From the NCBI GenBank assembly GCA_934446285.1, contig CAKSEI010000001.1:6498-70497 (forward strand): a DNA stretch of 64,000 nt. Direction: 5' to 3'. Below, in pieces: positions 17,881 to 26,046 of this stretch; the first letter of the stretch is position 1, and every line of letters starts with the position of its first letter. The notes under the pieces were generated by a model. The model was not told where the DNA came from, made no database searches, and worked only from the letters and a program-made list of their open reading frames with translations. The translations under genes were made by a program, and so were the position numbers. The DNA is from an uncultured Eubacteriales bacterium. GTDB taxonomy: Bacteria; Bacillota; Clostridia; Oscillospirales; CAG-272.

Positions 17881-18888
17881 CTAAAGCAGCGGTATGCCCG
17901 CCTGCTCGCAGGCGTTTACCGTCTGCGTATCCCATATGCTCGACTGAACCTCGCCTATGTGCGCGCAGCCCATAAGCAGCATACAAAGTCTCGACTGCCC
18001 TATACCTCCGCCTATGGTAAGCGGCAGCTCGCCAGAGAGCAGCATCCTGTGAAAAGGCAGATCGCGCCGCTCCTCACATCCCGCCTCGCGCAGCTGGGAC
18101 GCAAGCGAGCTTTCGTCTACGCGTATGCCCATGCTCGACACCTCAAAGGCGCAGTCGAGGGTATCGTTCCAAAAGATTATATCTCCGTTGAGTGTCCAGT
18201 CGTCATAGTCGGGCGCGCGTCCGTCATGGCGTAAGCCGGACGGCAGGAGTCCGCCTATCTGCATTATAAACGCCGTTTTATGCTCGCGCAGGTACTCGTT
18301 CTCGCGTTCCTTCGGCGTGAGCGTCGGGTACATATTCTCAAGCTCGGTCGTCGTCACGAAAGATATATCCCGGCAGAGGTTTGACGGCAGCGCGGGAAAT
18401 CGCGTATGCAGCTTGTCCGAAACCATGCATATTGCATTAACGATACTGCGAACCGTACTCTTAAGGTACTCTGTATTCCTGTCATCGCGGGAAATAACCT
18501 TTTCCCAGTCCCATTGGTCGACGTATACGGAGTGCAGATTGTCAAGCTCCTCGTCGCGGCGAATGGCGTTCATGTCCGTATAAAGCCCCTGATGCATACG
18601 GAAACCGTATCTGTAGAGCGCAAGCCTCTTCCACTTCGCGAGTGAATGCACCACCTGCGCATTCTCTCCGACAGCGGGTATGTCAAAGTCAACGGGGCGC
18701 TCGTAACCGTTCAGGTCATCATTTATGCCCGACGAGCCGGAGACGAAAAGGGGCGCGGAAACGCGCTTCAGTCCGAGAACCTCGGACAGCTCCGTCTCAA
18801 ATTGCTGTTTTATAAACTGTATGGCGCGCTGAGTATCGTATCTGTTCAGGCGCGGCGAATATCCCTCGGGGATGATTATTTTATTCAT
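17881..18888 (-). CDS. asnA: Aspartate--ammonia ligase (asparagine synthetase A)
   Basis: 335 aa. The N-terminus ...YDTQRAIQFIKQQFE...GLKRVSAPLFV and the class-II aaRS-like core are typical of AsnA. Confidence 0.9.
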   Translation of the reverse strand: MNKIIIPEGYSPRLNRYDTQRAIQFIKQQFETELSEVLGLKRVSAPLFVSGSSGINDDLNGYERPVDFDIPAVGENAQVVHSLAKWKRLALYRYGFRMHQGLYTDMNAIRRDEELDNLHSVYVDQWDWEKVISRDDRNTEYLKSTVRSIVNAICMVSDKLHTRFPALPSNLCRDISFVTTTELENMYPTLTPKERENEYLREHKTAFIMQIGGLLPSGLRHDGRAPDYDDWTLNGDIIFWNDTLDCAFEVSSMGIRVDESSLASQLREAGCEERRDLPFHRMLLSGELPLTIGGGIGQSRLCMLLMGCAHIGEVQSSIWDTQTVNACEQAGIPLL

Positions 18889-18965
18889 TGTAGCTCCGCA
18901 AATAAAAATATAAGATATTTTACCACATTAAAGCGTCGATGTCAATGTGCGGCGGACAAAAGGCT

Positions 18966-19910
18966 TTACTTGCCCTTTATAAGAGGACTGAGCGCCTCGG
19001 CGACGTTGTCCATGAGACGCGCACGCCATGAGGCGTCACGCAGCAGTGCGACATCCTCTTCGTTTGTGTAATAGCCCGTCTCAAGCAGCATGGACGGCAG
19101 CAATGTATATTTCGTCACTATAAACGCGTCGTCCCATGAATCGGCAAAGAAGTGCATGTCCCTGCCGGGATAGTCGGCGGCAAGGGCGGCGCGCAGCGTG
19201 TCGGCGAAAACCTTACTCTGCGCCGATGAGGTATTCTGCGCACAGTAATCGAGGTCAAAGCCCGAGCGGTCTTTATTTTCTATGGAATTTACGTGTATCG
19301 ACAGCGCAAGGTCCGCGCACTCCGATGCCGCAAGGCAATTCATATATATCGCGCGCTCATACGGAGAGAACTTCCCGTCGTCAGCCCATGTGTCCTTGGA
19401 TGCGTCGTATTCGGTTCCCGTTTTCCTGCAAAGCGCCGTCAGCTCGTCAAGAGACGGATATGTATCCCCGTCGTGGGTGAGCAGCACGCGCACTCCGCGG
19501 CTCTCAAAAGAGTCGCGCAGGCTTTTTACCATATCGAGCGTCATATCTTTTTCCCACTGTCCGAGTGCGCTCTCCGGTCCCGCGCATCCGACATCGGCAA
19601 AGCCGTGTCCCGCGTCGAGGATGACCGTCGGTTCATGTTCCTTTACAGTCGGCTGCGTAGTTTCGCCGTCTTCCGTGCCGTCCGTCGTAAGCGTACCGCC
19701 CGCGTATGCCGCGTCCGTGGGAGTCTCGGGCTTGCCCATCGTCGGGGTGCTCCCGCCGAAGAAATAATATATCACCGCACACGCGATAAGTCCTATAACA
19801 AAAGCTATGCATAAGGTGACGACGACGGCATTGTTTTTTCTTTTTTTCGGCTGCGGGGGTAAATTCCGCTGCGGCGTTGTTTCGTTAAGAGCCGTGTTTT
19901 CCTGTTTCAT
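18966..19910 (-). CDS. N-acetylmuramoyl-L-alanine amidase (Amidase_3), membrane anchored
   Basis: TM helix VVTLCIAFVIGLIACAVIYYFF, VILDAGHG, SIHVNS and ETGYYTN motifs. The start at 19910 (MKQENT) is preferred; the ORF-track start at 19952 is possible. Confidence 0.7.
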   Translation of the reverse strand: MKQENTALNETTPQRNLPPQPKKRKNNAVVVTLCIAFVIGLIACAVIYYFFGGSTPTMGKPETPTDAAYAGGTLTTDGTEDGETTQPTVKEHEPTVILDAGHGFADVGCAGPESALGQWEKDMTLDMVKSLRDSFESRGVRVLLTHDGDTYPSLDELTALCRKTGTEYDASKDTWADDGKFSPYERAIYMNCLAASECADLALSIHVNSIENKDRSGFDLDYCAQNTSSAQSKVFADTLRAALAADYPGRDMHFFADSWDDAFIVTKYTLLPSMLLETGYYTNEEDVALLRDASWRARLMDNVAEALSPLIKGK

Positions 19911-20370
19911 TCTCCGTTGCCTTTCTTTCAAGTGCGAGCAGCGTCTGTGCAAGAGTCAAAGTACCGTCGGCATCCGCCGTCTGCCCTCCGTTTTTGGATA
20001 CTATACGGTGGGTCGGAATGAGTATCATGCACGGGTTAGCCCTGCAGGCTGCCGCCGTTGCCCTGACCGCATCGGGGCGGTGCGCCGCGCGAGCCGCATC
20101 CGTATACGAGAGCGTGCTGCCGTAGGGTATCTCTCCCGCCTGCTCCCATATCTTCATCTGAAAGGGCGTTCCGTCGGCAAAGACGGGCACGTCAAAGACT
20201 CTGCGCGAGCCGTCAAGATATTCGCATATCTGCTCCGCAGCCCTGTCCGTCAGCGGCGAGGGGCTTTCCGTCTCTCCCCTGTCCGAGAGCGAAACTCCCG
20301 TTACCGCATATGATGTTGCTCTTACCGTTATCACGCCTATAGGCGTAGCGTATCTGCCGAGATAATCCAT
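19885..20370 (-). CDS. Alkyltransferase-like (ATL) protein: MGMT/Ogt fold lacking the acceptor cysteine
   Basis: 161 aa. GTPFQMKIWEQAGEIPYGSTLSYTD...RANPCMILIPTHRIV aligns to the Ogt helix-turn-helix and active-site loop. The PCHR cysteine codon is ACC (Thr). Confidence 0.7.
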   Translation of the reverse strand: MDYLGRYATPIGVITVRATSYAVTGVSLSDRGETESPSPLTDRAAEQICEYLDGSRRVFDVPVFADGTPFQMKIWEQAGEIPYGSTLSYTDAARAAHRPDAVRATAAACRANPCMILIPTHRIVSKNGGQTADADGTLTLAQTLLALERKATENETGKHGS

Positions 20371-20496
20371 ACGAACCTCCGACCGTTTACATTATATCAC
20401 AAAACACTATCTTTCGCAAGACTTGGCGAAATCGCCCAAAAGCGTCATGCCGATTTCTACACTTCCTACAAAAATATTTTTTATCGCGCAAAGCCC

Positions 20497-20550
20497 TTGA
20501 AAAAACAATATATTGTGGTATAATAAAAAATACGATCGCATATTTTGTGT
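20497..20550 (+). promoter_or_regulatory. nrdD promoter with two NrdR-box-like sites
   Basis: TTGAAA (20497-20502), a 16-nt spacer, then TGgTATAAT (20519-20524). A perfect palindrome ACAATATATTGT (20505-20516) lies in the spacer. A second site ATCGCATATTTTGTGT (20535-20550) matches 11/16 of the remembered consensus acaCwAtATaTwGtgt. The box centres are 32 bp apart. Confidence 0.6.
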
Positions 20551-20606
20551 GGCAAGCGGCTTGTCTCGCTTTATATAGATGAAGAAATACGGTAAGGAGA
20601 GCGGAT

Positions 20607-22781
20607 ATGAAGGTAATCAAGAGGAACGGCTCGGAAGCGGTTTTTGACGTAACGAAGATAATAAACGCCGTTGTAAAAGCAAATAATGAGGTTCGCGAGA
20701 GCGAGAGAATACCCCAGGACAGGATAGTATATATAGGAGACAAGGTCGCCTCGGCGTGCGAGGCTCTCGACCGTGCGCCTGCGGTCGAGGAGATACAGGA
20801 TATGGTGGAAAACGCGATAATGGAGGAGAATGCCTTCTCCGTCGCGCGAAAATATATAAGATACAGATACAACCGTGCGCTCGTGCGCAAGTCGAATACG
20901 ACGGACGAGCAGATACTCTCGCTTATTGAGTGCAATAACGAAGAGGTCAAGCAGGAGAACTCCAATAAGAACCCGACCGTCAACAGCGTTCAGCGCGACT
21001 ATATGGCGGGCGAGGTGAGCAAGGATATCACGCGCCGCGTGCTCCTGCCCCGAGACATCGTGGAGGCTCACGAGCAGGGTATTATACATTTTCATGACGC
21101 GGATTATTTCGCTCAGCATATGCACAACTGCGATCTCGTCAACCTTGAAGACATGCTGCAGAACGGCACGGTCATAAGCGGTACGCTCATAGAGAAGCCG
21201 CACAGCTTTTCCACGGCGTGCAATATCGCGACTCAGGTAGTGGCGCAGGTTGCGTCAAACCAATACGGCGGGCAGTCTATCTCGCTCGCGCATCTCGCGC
21301 CCTTTGTACAGGTGAGCCGAGAGAAGATACGCGCGGCGGTCATAGACGAGATAGACGAACTCGGCACGGTGCCCGACGAGGAGCGCATATCGCGCATAGT
21401 CGAGAAGAGACTGCGCGAGGAGGTGCGCAAGGGCGTTCAGATGATACAGTATCAGGTCGTTACACTTCTCACGACAAACGGTCAGGCGCCTTTCGTCACG
21501 GTATTCATGTACTTGGGCGAGGCAAAGAACGAGCAGGAAAAGCACGACCTCGCCATGATAATCGAGGAAACGCTCAAGCAGCGTTATCAGGGTGTCAAAA
21601 ACGAGGCGGGCGTGTGGATAACTCCCGCTTTCCCGAAGCTTATCTACGTGCTCGAGGAACAGAATATACATGAGGACAGCGAATTCTGGTATCTTACGCG
21701 TCTCGCGGCCCAGTGCACGGCAAAGCGCATGGTTCCCGACTATATCTCGGAGAAGAAGATGCTCGAATTAAAGGTGGACAAAAACGGCGAGGGGCACTGC
21801 TATACCTGCATGGGCTGCCGTTCGTTCTTAACGCCTTACGTCGATGAGAACGGCAAGCCGAAGTATTACGGCAGGTTCAATCAGGGTGTTGTCACGCTCA
21901 ATCTGCCCGATGTCGCGCTCTCGTCCGGCGGCGATTTTGAAAAGTTTTGGCGCATTATGGACGAGCGCCTCGACCTTTGCTACCGCGCACTCATGTGCCG
22001 TCACAACAGGCTGAAGGGCACGCTCTCGGACGCCGCTCCGATACTTTGGCAATACGGCGCGCTCGCGCGCCTAAAGAAGGGCGAGACTATAGACAAGCTG
22101 CTCTACGGCGGCTACTCGACAATTTCTCTCGGCTACGCGGGGCTTTACGAATGCGTCAAATACATGACGGGAAAGAGCCATACCGACCCCACCGCAACTC
22201 CCTTTGCCCTTGAGATAATGAACAGGCTCAACGCCGCGTGCAAGACATGGAAAGAGAAAGAAAATATCGACTTCTCGCTCTACGGCACGCCGCTTGAGAG
22301 CACGACATACAAGTTTGCAAAGTGCCTGCAGAAGCGTTTCGGCATAATTCCCGGCATAAACGATAAGGGATATATCACGAACAGCTATCATATACACGTA
22401 ACCGAGAAGATAGATGCCTTTGAAAAATTGGCATTTGAGTCAAAATTTCAGGCGCTCTCGCCAGGAGGTGCGATAAGCTACGTGGAAGTGCCGAATATGC
22501 AGAACAATATCGACGCCGTGCTCGAGGTCATGAAGTTTATTTACGACAATATCATGTACGCGGAGCTGAATACCAAGAGCGACTACTGCCAGGTCTGCGG
22601 CTTTGACGGCGAGATAGAGATAGCGGAGGACGACGGCAAGCTCGTATGGAGATGCCCCTGCTGCGGCAATACCGACCAAAGCAAGATGAATGTCGCGCGG
22701 CGCACATGCGGCTATATCGGCACGCAGTTCTGGAATCAGGGACGCACGCAGGAGATACGCGACAGGGTGCTGCACCTGTAA
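20607..22781 (+). CDS. nrdD: Anaerobic ribonucleoside-triphosphate reductase (class III)
   Basis: 724 aa. N-terminal ATP-cone, C-terminal Zn site CQVCG...CPCCG and glycyl-radical motif RRTCGYIG. Confidence 0.95.
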   Translation: MKVIKRNGSEAVFDVTKIINAVVKANNEVRESERIPQDRIVYIGDKVASACEALDRAPAVEEIQDMVENAIMEENAFSVARKYIRYRYNRALVRKSNTTDEQILSLIECNNEEVKQENSNKNPTVNSVQRDYMAGEVSKDITRRVLLPRDIVEAHEQGIIHFHDADYFAQHMHNCDLVNLEDMLQNGTVISGTLIEKPHSFSTACNIATQVVAQVASNQYGGQSISLAHLAPFVQVSREKIRAAVIDEIDELGTVPDEERISRIVEKRLREEVRKGVQMIQYQVVTLLTTNGQAPFVTVFMYLGEAKNEQEKHDLAMIIEETLKQRYQGVKNEAGVWITPAFPKLIYVLEEQNIHEDSEFWYLTRLAAQCTAKRMVPDYISEKKMLELKVDKNGEGHCYTCMGCRSFLTPYVDENGKPKYYGRFNQGVVTLNLPDVALSSGGDFEKFWRIMDERLDLCYRALMCRHNRLKGTLSDAAPILWQYGALARLKKGETIDKLLYGGYSTISLGYAGLYECVKYMTGKSHTDPTATPFALEIMNRLNAACKTWKEKENIDFSLYGTPLESTTYKFAKCLQKRFGIIPGINDKGYITNSYHIHVTEKIDAFEKLAFESKFQALSPGGAISYVEVPNMQNNIDAVLEVMKFIYDNIMYAELNTKSDYCQVCGFDGEIEIAEDDGKLVWRCPCCGNTDQSKMNVARRTCGYIGTQFWNQGRTQEIRDRVLHL

Positions 22782-22787
22782 AAGCAA

Positions 22788-23321
22788 ATGAACTACGCGA
22801 CAATAAAAACGTGCGACATAGCAAACGGCACGGGGGTGAGAGTTTCGCTCTTCGTGTCGGGCTGCACGCATCACTGCCCCGGCTGCTTTAACTCTCAGGC
22901 GTGGGATTTTTCCTACGGCGAGCCTTTTGACGAGGGCGTGCAGGACTATCTTATGTCGCTTTTATCAAGGAGCTATATTGATGGGCTTACGCTGCTCGGC
23001 GGCGAGCCTTTTGAGGCGGAAAATCAGCGTGCGCTGCTGCCTTTTCTCGAGAGGGTAAAAAGAGAATTGCCCGAAAAGACCGTCTGGGCGTACAGCGGGT
23101 ATACCTATGAGCAGCTGACCGGCACGGGCGCGCCCGTGTGTGAGGCGACGGAAAAAATGCTCGGGCTTGTCGATGTGCTTGTCGACGGAAGATTTATAGA
23201 AGAAAAAAAGAACATACGACTGCTCTTCCGAGGCTCGGAAAATCAGCGGATAATCGACATGGCAAAGACGCGGGCGACGGGTGCGCCCGTGCTCTGGGAA
23301 GAGCCGAAAAAGGGGATTTAA
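22788..23321 (+). CDS. nrdG: Anaerobic RNR activating enzyme (radical SAM)
   Basis: 177 aa with the GCTHHCPGCFN cluster motif. It starts 7 nt after nrdD. Confidence 0.9.
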   Translation: MNYATIKTCDIANGTGVRVSLFVSGCTHHCPGCFNSQAWDFSYGEPFDEGVQDYLMSLLSRSYIDGLTLLGGEPFEAENQRALLPFLERVKRELPEKTVWAYSGYTYEQLTGTGAPVCEATEKMLGLVDVLVDGRFIEEKKNIRLLFRGSENQRIIDMAKTRATGAPVLWEEPKKGI

Positions 23322-23325
23322 AAAA

Positions 23326-23763
23326 ATGGAAGTAAAAATAAAAAAGCTGCGCGAGGGCGCGAAAATTCCCGCATACGGAACGCCGTTCTCGGCGGGAGCG
23401 GACCTTTACGCCTGCCTTGAGGAGGCGGTAAGCCTCGCGCCGGGGCAGAGTATGATGATACCTACGGGTATTGCCTGCGAGCTGCCCGCGGGCACGGTCG
23501 GGCTTGTCTACGCGCGCTCGGGAATGGCATGTAAGCAGGGGCTTGCACCGGCGAACAAGGTCGGAGTCATCGACTGCGACTATCGCGGCGAGATTACGGT
23601 ATGCCTCTATAACCATTCGGGAGAAACCCGCACGGTGGAGAGCGGCGAGCGCATAGCACAGCTCGTCATTGCGCCGTACTACACGGCGGAGTTTACGTTT
23701 GCCGACGAGCTGTCCGAGACGGTGCGCGGCGCGGGCGGCTTCGGCTCGACGGGTAGAAAGTAA
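23326..23763 (+). CDS. dut: dUTP diphosphatase
   Basis: MEVKIKKLREGAKIPAYGTPFSAGADLYA..., GVIDCDYRGE and GGFGSTG motifs. The true ATG at 23326 has an AAAGGGG RBS; the ORF-track start at 23281 is an upstream extension. Confidence 0.9.
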   Translation: MEVKIKKLREGAKIPAYGTPFSAGADLYACLEEAVSLAPGQSMMIPTGIACELPAGTVGLVYARSGMACKQGLAPANKVGVIDCDYRGEITVCLYNHSGETRTVESGERIAQLVIAPYYTAEFTFADELSETVRGAGGFGSTGRK

Positions 23764-23770
23764 TTTAGAT

Positions 23771-24172
23771 TGCGTATAGTAAATGTCGCTTTTTTGCCGA
23801 GCTTTCCCGAAAAAGCTCGGCAAAAGCTTTTGTATAAGGAAAAAGGTTTGCTTATTCTCTTAATTGAAGTTTTTTGCGCAGCTTTTTTAAAAAAAGCTGC
23901 CGGATTTTAAAGGCAGAGCCTTTAATCGCCGCCGGTCGCTTCCCCCTCGAAAAGCGACGCAAAAGCTTTTGCAGACGCATGATATCTCAGCAAGTGAAAA
24001 GCTTTAGTATACCCCTGTTTTTTTGAAGTTTTTGCCGAGTTTTTACGGGAAGGCTCGTGAATTTTACGCCGCAGGCGTAAAAGAGGAGAAACCCTCGCGC
24101 AGAGGGTTTCTCCTTGATTTATTTACAAACAAACATTGCCGCTTTTCTCGGAAAGCTGCTTTTTTGATAAAA
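23771..24172 (+). repeat. Mosaic hairpin-rich intergenic repeat, long copy A
   Basis: About 330 bp are roughly 85-90% identical by eye to 55067-55410 (copy D). It is built of GCTTTT-loop-AAAAGC hairpins, AAAAGCTTTTG palindromes, TTAAAGGC-N3-GCCTTTAA, and a terminal hairpin at 24084-24114. Confidence 0.75.
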
Positions 24173-24177
24173 GCCTC

Positions 24178-25116
24178 TCAGGCAACAGGGATTTCGTATA
24201 GATACATCTGCCCGCCGTCGCAATAGGTTTCGCTTGATCTGTCGCCGTCAAAATATAACTCGGACAAGACGCATACCCGAATGTAGTACTTTCCGTCGAT
24301 GTTTACAAGGTCAAAGCCGTCGATTTCAAAGCTCTCAAGCGAATCCCCGTAAAGCTCCTTTGTTTTTTGCTCAAGGTCTTTTTCGATTTCTTCTTTTGAA
24401 ATGCCTTTAAGTCTGTTTTCATCGAAGTCCTCGAAATCATCTTCACGCATTTTGCATGAATATACGGTGCCGTCCGCCAAAATCGTCGCATAGCAACGCG
24501 AGCCGGTAACAAACTTTCCGTCGCCTAACTTTTGAGCAAGAAAAACCGTATAGCTGCCGTCGCTGTCGTCCGATATGGTCTCCTCAAGTTCAAAGCCGTC
24601 GATGCGCGAGCCGAAATTTTCTTTCATGGTTTTCTCGGCTATAGCTTTCGCCTCAGCCTCGGTGATTCGATTGCCGGTTCCCTTTTCCTTTGCCTCAGCC
24701 GTAACAGCGGAATAATTCGCGATATTCATATTCATACCGATAAATTTTCCGTCGGCATCAAAATAATACTCATTATTTTCGCCGTCAAGGTACAGGAGCT
24801 TTCTCGAACCGTCCGCTTTACCCAATGTCTCCGAATAGCTTAGCGAAATCGTCTCGCCGTCCGCGTTATACTCGCGGGTAGCGGCAGCGCCCTCATCCGC
24901 GCATTTAACCCATTTATTGTCTCCCGCAGCCTCAATAATTTCCGCAGAATTCGCAAGTGCGGTAATTTCGCGGTCGCCGCCGTCTGTTCCGACTTCACCC
25001 TGCGCCGGTGTGTCTGACTTTGCAAAATCCGTATTCAGCACGAACACCGACGCGATGACGGCAAAAACCACTGCGGCGGTCGATACGGCAATAATAAACG
25101 GCCTTTTGTTTTTCAT
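24178..25116 (-). CDS. Membrane-anchored secreted protein of unknown function (PepSY-like segments)
   Basis: 312 aa. Signal anchor FIIAVSTAAVVFAVIASVFVL, ITEAEAKAIAEKTMKENFG (PepSY-like) and acidic repeats. AAGGGGG RBS. Confidence 0.6.
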   Translation of the reverse strand: MKNKRPFIIAVSTAAVVFAVIASVFVLNTDFAKSDTPAQGEVGTDGGDREITALANSAEIIEAAGDNKWVKCADEGAAATREYNADGETISLSYSETLGKADGSRKLLYLDGENNEYYFDADGKFIGMNMNIANYSAVTAEAKEKGTGNRITEAEAKAIAEKTMKENFGSRIDGFELEETISDDSDGSYTVFLAQKLGDGKFVTGSRCYATILADGTVYSCKMREDDFEDFDENRLKGISKEEIEKDLEQKTKELYGDSLESFEIDGFDLVNIDGKYYIRVCVLSELYFDGDRSSETYCDGGQMYLYEIPVA

Positions 25117-25440
25117 TTGTATGCCCCCTTTTTTTATTTGCTCTTCGAGTCGGTACGTTTGTCAGGGGACAACCGCACCCCTCTATCGGTTATACGTCCG
25201 AGAGACGTGCAATTCCTTATTTTTTTGATAGAATTTTCGGAAATTGCGAATTTTCGGAGGCTGAGTGCAGTAGCGCGAGTGAATACAAAGGCGAAATTTC
25301 GTTTTAATCATACGATAATTTCAAATTCAGCACCCGAGCGCACAGCATGATGAAAGCCGGTCTGTATTCTTGTTGCACGCGATTGGATATCGCCATTAAC
25401 CTGTCATCGCTTTCGTAAAAAATCTCGCTGTCCCGCGCCT

Positions 25441-25648
25441 CCTTTGTGTAAAGGGAGGCTGACGAAGCCATGACGGAGGGATTGTTACGCAGAAATGCCT
25501 TATACAAACGGGAAAATAAGCGTAAATTCTATCGGCGCGCGTATTAAAACAAACCCAATCGACATCACATAACCTATACCGAGTGCTAATTCCTGAGGGG
25601 ACAATCCCTCAGTCAGCCTAACGGCTGACAGCTCCCTTTACACAAGGG
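25441..25648. repeat. Imperfect inverted repeat (about 45-bp arms, 115-bp spacer)
   Basis: The left arm has CCTTTGTGTAAAGGGAG (25441-25457) and GAGGGATTGT (25476-25485). The right arm has ACAATCCCTC (25601-25610) and CTCCCTTTACACAAGGG (25632-25648). Confidence 0.5.
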
Positions 25649-25765
25649 CGCCTCGGGGGAGGCGAAATATTTTCCGATACGAGAAAATGTGCAAGAGCGG
25701 TTATTTAAAGGTAAACAAACGGATTGTTTTTCTATATGGTCGGGCGATTATATATTATTTTCCCT

Positions 25766-25962
25766 ATACAAAAGCTTTTGTTTCGCTTTTCACGAAAAGC
25801 GACCGGCAGCAATTAAAGGCATTGCCTTTAAAATCCGCGAGCCTTTAAAAAGGCTCAACCCAAACTCTTGATAAGGGGTTAAGCTAAGGCATTTATTATA
25901 CAAAAGCTTTTGCCAAGCTTTTCTCGAAAAGCTTGCGAAAAAGCGACATATACTATACGTAA
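25766..25962 (-). repeat. Mosaic repeat, copy B (inverted relative to A)
   Basis: The reverse complement aligns module-for-module with 23771-23990 of copy A, including the end motif CGTATAGTA(A/T)ATGTCGC. Confidence 0.7.
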
Positions 25963-25965
25963 ACT

Positions 25966-25998
25966 GAAAAACGCGGGGCAGGTCGATGACCTGCCCCG
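25966..25998 (-). terminator. pnp terminator
   Basis: Minus strand: CGGGGCAGGTC-ATC-GACCTGCCCCG followed by CGTTTTTCAG. Confidence 0.6.
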
Positions 25999-26046
25999 TA
26001 TTTGGGTTTAAGGAACGCGTCGTAAATTTGCGCGTTTCCTGTTTTT

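Noticed and set aside
18889-18965. Looked for a T-box or other leader upstream of asnA.
   Set aside because: The spacer is only 77 nt, with no specifier or T-box sequence.
20387-21203. Two overlapping minus-strand ORFs (198 and 210 aa) across the nrdD promoter and 5' region.
   Set aside because: They are antisense to nrdD and to the AT-rich promoter. They have no RBS and implausible sequences.
23771-24172. Possibility that the clustered short palindromes form a CRISPR array.
   Set aside because: The units are heterogeneous hairpins with irregular spacing and no constant 25-40-bp direct repeat alternating with unique spacers. There are no cas genes, and whole ~330-bp blocks are duplicated elsewhere.
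24023-24226. Small ORFs inside repeat copies (24023-24226, 55168-55377, 25689-25871, and the 45892-46269 tail).
   Set aside because: They fall inside the hairpin-rich mosaic repeats. Their frames are not conserved between near-identical copies A and D, where the ORFs lie on opposite strands.
25304-25507. A 67-aa minus-strand ORF upstream of the secreted-protein gene.
   Set aside because: It spans the inverted-repeat arm, has no RBS, and has low-complexity content. It is more likely non-coding leader or repeat sequence.
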